This document shows, piece after piece, positions 1-9,708 of a DNA stretch of 32,000 nt. Each line of letters starts with the position of its first letter. The stretch's first letter is position 1. The DNA comes from Synechocystis sp. PCC 6803 substr. PCC-P (GTDB taxonomy: Bacteria; Cyanobacteriota; Cyanobacteriia; Cyanobacteriales; Microcystaceae): NCBI RefSeq assembly GCF_000284455.1, contig NC_017039.1, forward strand, positions 2,820,001 to 2,852,000, written 5' to 3'. The notes beneath the pieces are model-generated. The model did not search any database. It saw only the letters and a list, made by a program, of their open reading frames with translations, and had not been told where the DNA came from. A program made the translations under genes and the position numbers.

Positions 1-282
1 GCCCAATTTCGTAACTACAATCGCTACAACAACTACAATAACCCTGGCGATCGTATTGGCACTCCTGGTTTTAGCCAACCGATCTTTATGCCTAATCGCA
101 GCGATACCTATCCTAATAGTTACTACAGAGGCCACAACCGTAATTACCGGGGCAAGGACGAATTAACCATCATCAATGGCGGTAGTAATTGCATCAACTG
201 TAGGGTGGACGGTTGGGAGCGTCGGGATAGGGATAATAATTGGCACCATCAACGTTATCGCCAGGAGTATTTTTATTACTAA
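1..282 (+). CDS. C-terminal fragment of an Asn/Tyr/Arg-rich low-complexity protein (5' end outside window)
   Basis: Frame 1 is open from base 1 (AQFRNYNRYNNYNNPGDRIGTPGFSQPIFMPNRSD...) to the stop at 280-282; the supplied ORF starts only at an internal ATG (88). Confidence 0.65.
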   Translation, partial: AQFRNYNRYNNYNNPGDRIGTPGFSQPIFMPNRSDTYPNSYYRGHNRNYRGKDELTIINGGSNCINCRVDGWERRDRDNNWHHQRYRQEYFYY

Positions 283-406
283 TATTGCCCTAGTTAATAG
301 CAACAAAAATCCCCGCTGAACTTAATGAAGTCAACAGGGAAACGGTTGCTTATGGGGAAACCTTAGTGATGATCAGAAAATGTCTGAATCATGTTCAAAT
401 CATTTC

Positions 407-1252
407 CTAGGCTTTGTTGGCCATCGCAGTTTCCGGAGGAAGTTTAATATCCTTGGCTAACCCCAGCAAAGATAGGAATTTAATGGTCATCCAAGTTAAA
501 TCCACTTCCCACCATTGCAAACCATGGCGAGCAGAGTACTGATAGGCGTGGTGATTATTGTGCCAACCTTCACCGAAAGTTAACAATGCTACCCACCAAC
601 AATTGCGGGAATAATCATTGGATTCATGGCTAACGTAGCCGAACTTATGGGTGGCACTGTTGACAAACCAAGTGAAGTGGAAAACAAACACTAGGCGGAC
701 AAAAATGCCCCAAATAACGAAGGGCCAGCCCCCTAAGGCAAATAAAATCAAGCCTAGGGCGACCTGGATAAGAATTAGATTATTCTGGCAAAATTGATAA
801 AATTTATCGTCTTGGATATCCTTGGTGTAGCGGGGAATATCAGCTTTAGCAGGAATTTCAAACATCATCCAGCCGATGTGACTCCACCAAAAACCCTTAT
901 TAGAATCGTGGGGATCCGGGGTGGTGTCAGAAAATTTGTGGTGCATACGGTGTAAGCCGACCCACTCAAATACGCCCCCCTGACAGGCTAGGGTGCCACA
1001 GATTACGAAAATATACTCTAACCATTTAGGAACATTGAAACTGCGGTGGGAAATACAACGGTGAAAACCTAAAGTAATGCCAATGCCGCCGGTAATTACA
1101 TAGAGCAAGAAAGCCATCCCCACTGCTTTCCAACTGAAAAACTGGGGCAGGAAAGCCAACAGGGCCACCAAATGAATGGAGGTAAAAAAGAAGATCACAG
1201 TCCAAGCTGGAGTCAACTTGGGCTTGGAATCGTTGGGAAGAGCAGCAGTCAT
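407..1252 (-). CDS. desC: Acyl-lipid/acyl-CoA delta-9 type fatty acid desaturase
   Basis: Three histidine boxes HRCISH, HRMHHKF and HNNHH, plus hydrophobic segments. The likely start is the internal Met (MTAALPND...) at 1252; the ORF extends to 1363. Confidence 0.93.
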   Translation of the reverse strand: MTAALPNDSKPKLTPAWTVIFFFTSIHLVALLAFLPQFFSWKAVGMAFLLYVITGGIGITLGFHRCISHRSFNVPKWLEYIFVICGTLACQGGVFEWVGLHRMHHKFSDTTPDPHDSNKGFWWSHIGWMMFEIPAKADIPRYTKDIQDDKFYQFCQNNLILIQVALGLILFALGGWPFVIWGIFVRLVFVFHFTWFVNSATHKFGYVSHESNDYSRNCWWVALLTFGEGWHNNHHAYQYSARHGLQWWEVDLTWMTIKFLSLLGLAKDIKLPPETAMANKA

Positions 1253-1473
1253 GAAAAAAAACCTAACGAAAAAACGGAATAATTGGCGCTTGTTAAAAAC
1301 GATTAAACTATTGTCAAAAAGTTTGCTTAAATATAGGTATTCAATGTTTAATGGGTTTAACATCGCCGGGATTTACCAACCATCCAAGAAAATCGAATCG
1401 GTGATGATCTCGAAGATTGAAAGATAGTTTAAGGGGAATTCCCAAATAACATCAAAAGTTAAATAATGTCTTA

Positions 1474-2721
1474 ATGAAATATTCCAGCTTCCTTAAACAA
1501 GCAGAAGAAAACCTAGTCCCAATCTTTTCGGAAATCGACGCAAAGGTCAAGGAAAATCTGTACAAAGTCATAGAGGCATTTCGGCACCATCGGGTAGGGG
1601 TACAGCACTTCGCCGGGGTGAGTGGTTATGGCCATGATGACCTAGGCAGAGATACTCTGGACGGGGTTTTTGCTCAGGTGATGGGGGCAGAGTCGGCCGC
1701 TGTACGGGTACAGTTTGTGTCCGGAACCCATGCGATCGCCTGTGCGTTGTACGGCATTTTGCGACCGGGGGATGAACTACTGTCGGCGGTGGGCTCTCCC
1801 TACGACACCCTCGAAGAAGTGATTGGTCTTAGGGGAAGTTGTCAAGGCTCCCTCGCTGACTTTAACATTTCTTATCGTCAATTGCCCCTCACGGCGGCCG
1901 GCACGGTGGATTGGCAAGGGCTAGAAACTGCAGTGCGTCCGGAAACTCGCTTAGTTTTAATCCAACGTTCCTGTGGTTACAGTTGGCGCCCCAGTTTGGC
2001 GATCGCCGACATTGCCAGAATTATCGAAATTGTTAAAGCCCAAAATCCTCGCACCCTTTGTTTTGTGGACAATTGCTACGGGGAATTCATTGAGACAGTG
2101 GAACCGACGGCGATCGGAGTGGATCTGATGGCTGGGTCTTTGATTAAAAATCCTGGGGGCACCATTGTTACGGCAGGGGGTTACCTAGCCGGGAAAGAGG
2201 AATGGGTGGAAGCGGGGGCCTATAGATTGACTGCCCCAGGCATTGGCCGGGAAGGGGGAGCCACTTTTGACCAAAATCGTCTGTTATTCCAAGGCCTCTT
2301 CCTTGCCCCCCAAATGGTGGGGGAAGCGATGAAATGTAACCATCTGCTGGCCCATGTGTTTGACCAATTGGGTTACCCGGTTAATCCTGCGCCCCTATCT
2401 CCCCGCCGGGATGTGATCCAAGCCATTCAGTTGGGCAGTCCAGAAAAATTATTGGCTTTTTGCCGGGCTCTACAAGGAGCTTCCCCCATTAGTTCCTATC
2501 TTCAACCCGTACCCGCCGCTATGCCTGGTTACGCCAGTGAAGTGGTGATGGCTGGGGGCACATTTATTGACGGCAGTACTTCCGAGTTGTCCGCCGACGG
2601 ACCATTGCGGGAACCCTACACCGTTTTTTGCCAAGGAGGCACCCACTGGACCCATATGGCGATCGCCTTGGAGGAAATTTTGGCCGCCTTTGAGGAGTTG
2701 GAGGACGGGAAAAAAGCCTAG
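1474..2721 (+). CDS. PLP-dependent methionine gamma-lyase / aluminium-resistance family protein
   Basis: 415 aa; GTHAIACALYGILRPGDELLS, FVDNCYGEF and MAGSLIKNPGG (candidate Schiff-base Lys), typical of this Cys/Met-metabolism PLP family. Confidence 0.85.
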   Translation: MKYSSFLKQAEENLVPIFSEIDAKVKENLYKVIEAFRHHRVGVQHFAGVSGYGHDDLGRDTLDGVFAQVMGAESAAVRVQFVSGTHAIACALYGILRPGDELLSAVGSPYDTLEEVIGLRGSCQGSLADFNISYRQLPLTAAGTVDWQGLETAVRPETRLVLIQRSCGYSWRPSLAIADIARIIEIVKAQNPRTLCFVDNCYGEFIETVEPTAIGVDLMAGSLIKNPGGTIVTAGGYLAGKEEWVEAGAYRLTAPGIGREGGATFDQNRLLFQGLFLAPQMVGEAMKCNHLLAHVFDQLGYPVNPAPLSPRRDVIQAIQLGSPEKLLAFCRALQGASPISSYLQPVPAAMPGYASEVVMAGGTFIDGSTSELSADGPLREPYTVFCQGGTHWTHMAIALEEILAAFEELEDGKKA

Positions 2722-2850
2722 ATCGTCAACATATCAGCCGTTTAGGGAAGTGGTCTGTGGCAGGGCTAGGAAGACCATCGCCGGTCATAGAATCAGGGTA
2801 GCTGGTCAAAACAGCCACAGTATTTGGAGGCGTGATTGACACGATTAGTT

Positions 2851-3183
2851 ATGAAAAATTCCTATTCCGCTCTCTGGGGTCGCCCAGCTAAAGTTGTCCT
2901 AGTGGCCCTAATTCTTGGTGGCTTGGGTTTAGCGATACCTAGCTATGCCCAGGAGACCCAAACTTACTACTGCTCCCCAACCGAAACATTGACAATTAAA
3001 ATGGTGGAAGGATCTGCCATTCAGGTTACCCTGCCGGATGGTCGCACAGTGGTTTTACCCCAAGCGGAATCGGCCTCTGGGAATAAATACAGCAATGGTT
3101 TCATCACCGTTTGGTCCAAGGGCAACACTGCCTTGGTGGAAGAGGGCGGCAACGTTAAATGGCAGGATTGCGTCAAAATTTGA
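2851..3183 (+). CDS. Small secreted/periplasmic hypothetical protein
   Basis: ATG at 2851 followed by a signal-peptide-like hydrophobic stretch ending AQAQET-like (LVALILGGLGLAIPSYAQETQ), then a short soluble domain. Confidence 0.6.
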   Translation: MKNSYSALWGRPAKVVLVALILGGLGLAIPSYAQETQTYYCSPTETLTIKMVEGSAIQVTLPDGRTVVLPQAESASGNKYSNGFITVWSKGNTALVEEGGNVKWQDCVKI

Positions 3184-3185
3184 TC

Positions 3186-3539
3186 ATGTTCATCCCTTCA
3201 GAGGACATTAACGCCATGGTTACTACTTCCACCGATCAAACCCGGCGATCGCCTACTTTTTTGTTGGTAACTTTACTGAGTTTGTTAACTGCGGCGTTGG
3301 TGTTCTTTCCCGTGCTGGCCCAGGCGGGAGAAGAGGAAAATCCCAATAATCCCATGGGTTACGAAGATGCGGACCGGAAGGATTACGAAAATATGAATCA
3401 GGAAAATTATCAGGATTTAACTGACGAAAAATCCGTCGATGATAATAGCTTAGATTACGAACAAGACGATCAGTATGAGAATGACAACCAGTATGAATAT
3501 GAAAATCAAGATGATGTAAAGTACCGCAATATGAACTAA
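3186..3539 (+). CDS. Secreted or membrane-anchored protein with an acidic Asn/Asp/Glu/Tyr-rich tail
   Basis: Hydrophobic N-terminal segment (FLLVTLLSLLTAALVFFPVLAQAGEE), then low-complexity DYEQDDQYENDNQYEYENQDDVKY. Start at 3186 or 3216. Confidence 0.6.
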   Translation: MFIPSEDINAMVTTSTDQTRRSPTFLLVTLLSLLTAALVFFPVLAQAGEEENPNNPMGYEDADRKDYENMNQENYQDLTDEKSVDDNSLDYEQDDQYENDNQYEYENQDDVKYRNMN

Positions 3540-3545
3540 TTAGAC

Positions 3546-4469
3546 CTATTCAAAGGCATTGGTGATCGCCTGTTGACCCTGGGGGCTAGTGGCAAAACCC
3601 AAAAATGCTTCCACCTGGGGTGAGGGAGGCGTTTTGTAAAAATAAAATAATTGTCGTCGCAGGGGGTAATTTTCCTGGTTGGGGCTAAGGCTGTCAATGG
3701 GCACAATCCTGGCAGTTTGCTGGTTCTCTACCTGTCCATAGGTGGCGTAGCTGATGCCATTGCTACCCAAAGCCCGAATGATCGGGGTGGTGGCATCCCT
3801 GGGCATAGTTTGGAAATTTGCGCCCTGGCCAAACGCTTGTCCTTGCAACACTTGGGCGGCAAAGGTTTGTTGGGTGCCACTTTCAGAAGGTCGATTGATT
3901 ACTTGAATAGTGTTGTTTGGCCCCCCAACCTCAGACCAGTTACTAATTTTTCCCGTAAAAATATCCCGCAACTGAGCCGAAGTTAACCCTCCAGCAAAGG
4001 GATTTTGCCTGCCCACCATAACGGCGATCGTGTCACTGGCCACCGGCACCGCCGCAAGGCCTTGGGCCTGTTCCTGGGAAGTGAGGGGACGGGAACTAGC
4101 AGATAGATCAACTTTGCCCAAAATTAGGTTCACAACGCCCTTGTCGGTGCCCTGGGCATCGGTTTGCACCACTGTGCCGGGGAAAGTTTGCTGAAATTGA
4201 GCCTTCAGGGCCTCATTGATGTTGACCATACTAGTAGAGCCATCAATGGTAACTTTTGTCCCCGCTGGAACTTGGGTTGGCGCCACAAACGCATCGGAAG
4301 CTTGCAATTCTGGGGGAGGAGGTAACTGCCCTGGTTCGTTAACCATCTCTCCTGGGTTTTCACCACCTGTTTGGAAGCGTTGCCATAGCCACCAACCGCC
4401 CCCTGCCACCACCACTCCGGTAATGGCTAAAGCTCCGATTAAGATAACCGCTTCATTTTTTTGCCCCAT
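3546..4469 (-). CDS. PstS-like phosphate ABC transporter substrate-binding protein
   Basis: N-terminal TM/signal anchor; QFQQTFPGTVVQTDAQGTDKGV, DLSASSRPLTSQE, LRDIFTGKISNWSEVGG and RPSESGTQQTF, typical of the PstS/PBP-like family. Confidence 0.88.
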   Translation of the reverse strand: MGQKNEAVILIGALAITGVVVAGGGWWLWQRFQTGGENPGEMVNEPGQLPPPPELQASDAFVAPTQVPAGTKVTIDGSTSMVNINEALKAQFQQTFPGTVVQTDAQGTDKGVVNLILGKVDLSASSRPLTSQEQAQGLAAVPVASDTIAVMVGRQNPFAGGLTSAQLRDIFTGKISNWSEVGGPNNTIQVINRPSESGTQQTFAAQVLQGQAFGQGANFQTMPRDATTPIIRALGSNGISYATYGQVENQQTARIVPIDSLSPNQENYPLRRQLFYFYKTPPSPQVEAFLGFATSPQGQQAITNAFE

Positions 4470-4581
4470 GGGTCATTGCTCCCAACTCTGTGCCATCGAA
4501 GTGGACAGATCATAGCCCATTTAGCTTTCGTTAACCTGTACTTAACCTCCCATCAATTTTGTCTAGTTCCCTCGATGAATT

Positions 4582-5775
4582 TTAAAGAAAACCCCAAGAT
4601 TGAAGTAGCTCAAGAACAGCCGGCTCCTCCTCGTAATGACCAATAGCATTCACCTCATCAGGCGCAATTAATCCCCTTGTCCGCAGGGCTTCCGCCGACT
4701 TGTCTGGATGGATAGTTCCATTTGTCCAAGGGGGCCACAAACAATCTGGCTGAAACTGATGGCCCTTGGCATACTCAAGCAACCTAAACTGCCCATTCGT
4801 GCAATTCCGCTCCGTGAGCAAATAGTGCTTATTTAGGCGACTCTCTGACGAAATACGAAGAAATTTGTCTATATATCTATTGATTTCGTTATGGTTCAAC
4901 TGAAGAGGATACTGATTAATATTTGCATTTTTCAACCGCGCATACGTGTCCCATAGGCGAAATTCCCTTGTGTGGATCGCGAAAACAAGTAAACGGGAGC
5001 CGTCAAGCACACTTAAAAGAAGTTTCGGGTTGTAATTAATTCGTCCTATTTCCTGGCCAGAGCCCACGCCGTGAATAGAAAAAAACAACTCATCAACAAT
5101 CTTGTAAGGCACTGCTTCATATGGCCATTGGTGATGGAGTAAAACCTGGTGACCGGGTTTAAGCCTCATGCGAACCTGGGAGTGAATGCCTAAACGACCT
5201 AATACTGGTACATCCGCCTCAACAACTTGAAAAATCATGTCTGCAATTGAATCGCGAGAAAAGACCGCAATGGCAAAACCATCTAAGTCCCGCACATTGG
5301 CAATAACAACCTGATTTTCAGTTGGTTTTAATCCCAAAAAATTCAGCTCCCCTGGCGTTATTCCTATAACGGGCCTGAAGTGCTCAACATTCACACACTG
5401 TCCAGCGTCGGCCGGATTTGCTCCGGGAGGAGTGGCCGTTGACCAAAAAAGCCTACCATCTTCATTCTGCCAACGGCGAACACGGTCCGGATCTGGACGA
5501 ATAAACACTCGCGAAGGAAATTCATAAGGGTCATCGGTCTGGCGGCAACTGTCATCCTCGTTGAAAGTCATTCCATGGGACATTAAAACCTCCCGATTGA
5601 TCGCCTTACATTCTGGTTCTGCACCAGTAGCTTCCGACCCCATGAACACAACAGCAAGCGCACTAACTAGAAGTTTAATTACCGTCGATTTGGCTAACTT
5701 ACCCTTCGAGAAAATTGTACTTGGACTATAAACACATAAGTTCTGATTTCGAAGGAAAAAATTGAGTTCCATCAT
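4582..5775 (-). CDS. Secreted hypothetical protein; possible DUF4105/Lnb N-terminal-like domain
   Basis: 397 aa; hydrophobic N-terminus ending ...ATGAEPEC. The C-terminal half has FFSIHGVGSGQEIG...YLLTERNCTNGQFRLLE, reminiscent of the DUF4105 NCT motif. The family assignment is tentative. Confidence 0.6.
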   Translation of the reverse strand: MMELNFFLRNQNLCVYSPSTIFSKGKLAKSTVIKLLVSALAVVFMGSEATGAEPECKAINREVLMSHGMTFNEDDSCRQTDDPYEFPSRVFIRPDPDRVRRWQNEDGRLFWSTATPPGANPADAGQCVNVEHFRPVIGITPGELNFLGLKPTENQVVIANVRDLDGFAIAVFSRDSIADMIFQVVEADVPVLGRLGIHSQVRMRLKPGHQVLLHHQWPYEAVPYKIVDELFFSIHGVGSGQEIGRINYNPKLLLSVLDGSRLLVFAIHTREFRLWDTYARLKNANINQYPLQLNHNEINRYIDKFLRISSESRLNKHYLLTERNCTNGQFRLLEYAKGHQFQPDCLWPPWTNGTIHPDKSAEALRTRGLIAPDEVNAIGHYEEEPAVLELLQSWGFL

Positions 5776-5967
5776 TCATTTCTCTCCATTATCTGGATGC
5801 AAGCCAGAAAAAAGAAAAGACACGAGGAAATATTAAAGAGTGAAATATAAAAGACAATAATACTTATTATAATTAAAATGGCATGGTCACAGATGTGAAA
5901 TAGTCCAACGCTCTCTCTTGTATGATGATAGGGCAAGAAAAGTTTCAGTATTTTTAAGGATAAACGG

Positions 5968-6900
5968 ATGAAAATTTTGGTCACCGGCGGCACGGGCTTT
6001 TTAGGCACAACCCTCTGCAATCAACTAGAGGCCCAGGGTCATGAGCTAACCAAAATCAATTCCCGTAACTGTGACCTGACCCAACCGGATTCCCTACATC
6101 AGTTTACCAAGGGCAGTTTTGACCAAATTTATCACCTGGCTGCTTGGACCCAAGCGGGGGATTTTTGTTTGTCCCATCCGGGGGAACAGTGGCTGATCAA
6201 CCAAAAATTAAACACTAACGTTCTAGATTGGTGGCATAGTCAACAACCCCAGGCGAAGTTGATTTTTATGGGCACTAGTTGCGCCTATGATCCTAATTTG
6301 CCCTTGGAGGAGGAATATTACCTCACTGGTTTACCCATTGATAGTTTGTTCACCTACGCCATGACCAAAAGGATGCTTTATGCGGGGGCGTTGGCATTGC
6401 AAAAACAGTATGGGCTCAAATATCTCTGCTTAGTACCTTCTACCCTATACGGCCCCGGATACCATACCGATGGGCGGCAGATGCATTTTATTTTTGACCT
6501 GATTCGCAAAATTATTCGGGGTAAGCTCTACGGCGAAACGGTTACTCTCTGGGGGGACGGTTATCAGCGGCGGGAATTGGTCTTTGTAGAGGATTTTGCC
6601 CGCATTGCCCTGGAACTGGCGGCCATGGTGGATAACGATTTAGTCAATATTGGCGCGGGGGAAGAATTTACCATTCGTCGCTTTGCGGAATTAATTTGCC
6701 AGGAAGTGGACTACGACTTTAACCTGATTGAATTCGATACCAGCCGTTACGTGGGGGCCAAATCAAAATGCTTGGGGGTGAAAAAACTCCATGGCCTAAT
6801 GCCGGATTTACAACTGACCAGTTTGGATCAGGGTTTGGCCAAAACCATTAAGTGGTTCTGGAGCGAACAGGAAAAGTTGGTGCCTGCTTCTGTATCCTGA
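5968..6900 (+). CDS. NAD-dependent epimerase/dehydratase, GDP-L-fucose synthase-like
   Basis: GGTGFLG nucleotide-binding motif, GTSCAY, YAMTK (YxxxK), LYGPGYH, and VFVEDFARIAL. Confidence 0.88.
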   Translation: MKILVTGGTGFLGTTLCNQLEAQGHELTKINSRNCDLTQPDSLHQFTKGSFDQIYHLAAWTQAGDFCLSHPGEQWLINQKLNTNVLDWWHSQQPQAKLIFMGTSCAYDPNLPLEEEYYLTGLPIDSLFTYAMTKRMLYAGALALQKQYGLKYLCLVPSTLYGPGYHTDGRQMHFIFDLIRKIIRGKLYGETVTLWGDGYQRRELVFVEDFARIALELAAMVDNDLVNIGAGEEFTIRRFAELICQEVDYDFNLIEFDTSRYVGAKSKCLGVKKLHGLMPDLQLTSLDQGLAKTIKWFWSEQEKLVPASVS

Positions 6901-6934
6901 AAGGGTAACTAGTTTCCCCTCTCCTGTGATTTCC

Positions 6935-8839
6935 ATGACCACTAAACAGATTGCCCCCTATGGTTCCTGGCGATCGCCAATTACGGCCGATGCGTTGTTG
7001 GCGGGGAGTATTGGTTTGGGGGCAGTGCAAAACAGCGGTGAAGATGTCTTTTGGCTAGAAGCGAGGCCGGCAGAAAAAGGGCGTAATGTTCTAGTTCACC
7101 GGCAACCCGATGGCACTGTGCGGGATGTCACTCCGGCCCCTTTCAATGTCCGCACCAGGGTACACGAATATGGTGGCGGAGCCTTTTTGGTCACGGCGGA
7201 TGGGGTTTATTTCAGTAATTTCAGCGATCAACAGGTTTACGTCCAAGGCGTTGGGCAAGAACCGCAACGATTGACCAACAGACCAGACTGTCGTTTTGCT
7301 GATTTTGTTTTGGATCAACCCAGACAAAGATTAATTGCCGTTGGTGAACGTCATCACTCAGAAGCAAAGGAGCCGGAAAATTTTCTCGCCGCCATTAGTC
7401 TAGAAAATGGAGAGGTCACGACGATCGCCACGGTCCATGATTTTTATTCTTCCCCACGCCTCAGTCCTGACGGGCAGAAATTGGCTTGGATTACCTGGGA
7501 CCATCCCCATATGCCCTGGGATGCGACCCAACTATGGTTGGCCGACATTGACCAAGCAGGGAACCTCAGTAATCTTAAAATCATTGCTGGCCAGGCAGGT
7601 AATGAATCCATCCATGAACCCCAATGGTCCCCCGACGGCAGTTTATATTTTGTTGGCGATCGGACTGATTGGTGGAACCTATACCGCTATCACAAAGGGG
7701 AAGTGGATAACGTTTTTCCCCTCGATGCAGAATTTGCCTATCCCCATTGGGTATTTGGTTTACGGAGCTATACCTTTGTCGATACCGACACGATTCTTTG
7801 TACTTTCACCCAGGATGGCGCTTGGCAGTTGGGCAAACTGAAACCCTCCCGTAAACAGTTAAGCATTTTGGGACTGCCCTACAGCAATTACTCTTCTTTA
7901 TGTAGTGACGGCAAAACTCTCTGGTTCATTGGCAGTGGTCCCACCACATCATCCGCCGTGGTTGCCCTAGCAGTGGAGGCCCAAGAAACAGAAATTCTCA
8001 AAGTGGCTAGTGATTTTACCCTTGACCCAGCCTACCTTGCCCAGCCCCAAGCCATCAGTTTTTCCGGTGATGATGGTCAAACCGCCCACGCCTGGTACTA
8101 TCCCCCCACCAACGGTGATTTCCGAGGCCCCTCCGATGCCCTGCCTCCCCTGTTGGTCAAAAGCCATGGTGGTCCTACGGCGGCGGCCGGTAATTCTCTG
8201 AGTTTAAAAATTCAGTATTGGACTAGTCGAGGCTTTGCCTATGTGGATGTCAATTACGGTGGCAGTACGGGTTATGGCCGGGATTATCGTCAACGGCTAA
8301 ATGGTCAGTGGGGCATTGTTGATGTGGCGGATTGCGTCAATGCGGCCCGTTACCTGGCAGACCAAGGTTTGGTGGATGGGGAGCAACTGGCCATTTCCGG
8401 TGGTAGTGCGGGGGGCTACACTACCCTGGCAGCCCTGACTTTCCACAACGTTTTTAAAGCCGGGGCTAGTTATTACGGTGTGAGCGATTTGACTGCCCTG
8501 GCCACCGATACCCACAAATTTGAGGCCCGTTACCTCGACGGCCTAATTGGCCCCTATCCAGAAAGAAAGGATTTATACGAACGGCGATCGCCAGTGAACC
8601 ATGCAGACCAGCTTACTTGCCCGGTGATTTTCTTCCAGGGCTTGGAGGACAAAGTTGTGCCCCCTAACCAAACGGAAATGATGGTGCAAGCCCTCAAAGC
8701 CAAAGGCATTAAGGTGGAATATGTGGCCTTTCCCGAAGAACAACATGGCTTCCGCATGGCCGCCAACATTAAAAAAGCCCTGGAGTCAGAACTTGCTTTC
8801 TACGGCGAAGTGTTCGGCTTTACCCCTGCCAAAAATTGA
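6935..8839 (+). CDS. Prolyl oligopeptidase family (S9) serine peptidase
   Basis: N-terminal beta-propeller-like region; GGSAGGY nucleophile motif, GLEDKVVP (Asp) and EEQHGFR (His). ORF opens with GTG at 6926; ATG at 6935. Confidence 0.9.
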   Translation: MTTKQIAPYGSWRSPITADALLAGSIGLGAVQNSGEDVFWLEARPAEKGRNVLVHRQPDGTVRDVTPAPFNVRTRVHEYGGGAFLVTADGVYFSNFSDQQVYVQGVGQEPQRLTNRPDCRFADFVLDQPRQRLIAVGERHHSEAKEPENFLAAISLENGEVTTIATVHDFYSSPRLSPDGQKLAWITWDHPHMPWDATQLWLADIDQAGNLSNLKIIAGQAGNESIHEPQWSPDGSLYFVGDRTDWWNLYRYHKGEVDNVFPLDAEFAYPHWVFGLRSYTFVDTDTILCTFTQDGAWQLGKLKPSRKQLSILGLPYSNYSSLCSDGKTLWFIGSGPTTSSAVVALAVEAQETEILKVASDFTLDPAYLAQPQAISFSGDDGQTAHAWYYPPTNGDFRGPSDALPPLLVKSHGGPTAAAGNSLSLKIQYWTSRGFAYVDVNYGGSTGYGRDYRQRLNGQWGIVDVADCVNAARYLADQGLVDGEQLAISGGSAGGYTTLAALTFHNVFKAGASYYGVSDLTALATDTHKFEARYLDGLIGPYPERKDLYERRSPVNHADQLTCPVIFFQGLEDKVVPPNQTEMMVQALKAKGIKVEYVAFPEEQHGFRMAANIKKALESELAFYGEVFGFTPAKN

Positions 8840-8933
8840 CGGCCAATGACCAGGGGCAGATTTTGTCCCAAGACTAATTTGTGCAATAATCAGAGTTTGC
8901 GTATAAATTACCGTATTCCTTCCCGCAACAGTT

Positions 8934-9131
8934 ATGGCTAAAAAAGGTAAGGGGGCACGCCTCGTCATCACCCTAGAATGCACCGAGTGCCGCAGTAACC
9001 CCGACAAGCGTTCCAATGGCGTTAATCGTTACACCACGATGAAAAATCGTCGTAACACCACCGCCCGGTTGGAACTGAAAAAATTCTGCACCCACTGCAA
9101 CAAACACACTATCCACAAGGAAACCAAATAA
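8934..9131 (+). CDS. rpmG: 50S ribosomal protein L33
   Basis: [19 protein letters not shown]...[35 protein letters not shown]. Confidence 0.97.
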
Positions 9132-9227
9132 TTTCCCTGGTCTGTGAACATTTTCCTTAGTTCGGTATCCGCTTTGTAACCGAGATGCCCAAACTAGCAC
9201 CCTATCAAGTCATCTTCGCTAATCTCC

Positions 9228-9443
9228 ATGAACTACTACCGTAAACGCCTTTCTCCCCTGCCCCCCAATCAGCCGATTGACTATAAAGACACGGAATTAT
9301 TGCGTAAATTCATCACTGAACGGGGTAAAATTCTCCCCCGACGCATCACTGGTTTGACTGCTAAACAACAACGGGACTTGACCACCGCAGTGAAACGCTC
9401 CCGTTTGGTGGCTCTCTTACCTTTCGTCAACAAAGAAATTTAG
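9228..9443 (+). CDS. rpsR: 30S ribosomal protein S18
   Basis: [50 protein letters not shown]. Confidence 0.97.
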   Translation: MNYYRKRLSPLPPNQPIDYKDTELLRKFITERGKILPRRITGLTAKQQRDLTTAVKRSRLVALLPFVNKEI

Positions 9444-9708
9444 TTTTTCCGTCTTTGGGCTAAGAATAGTCTGAGAATAAGAATAAGTAGATATTCTTTA
9501 TGCGTCTTTCTACCTCAGGGTAGCAAATACGGGGAAATGCAGTGGCTTTTGTGGTTGCTGCATTTTTCTTTACTCGTGAAATTCATCGGTCAGAGAAATT
9601 TTGGTCGGAGTAAGCCAATTTCTATCCTAGGGAACTGGAACTTTTCCAACTTTGCCCTTATCTTAGGCGTATCCCCTTGGGGAATTTGGGTGCAGAGGAG
9701 TAAACTTT

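Noticed and set aside
1176-1427. 83-aa + strand ORF antisense to the 5' region of desC
   Set aside because: No recognisable family; overlaps the coding start and promoter side of a clear gene.
5772-6020. 82-aa - strand ORF upstream of the epimerase gene
   Set aside because: Runs through an AT-rich intergenic region and overlaps the epimerase start; the Ile/Phe-rich translation lacks a domain.
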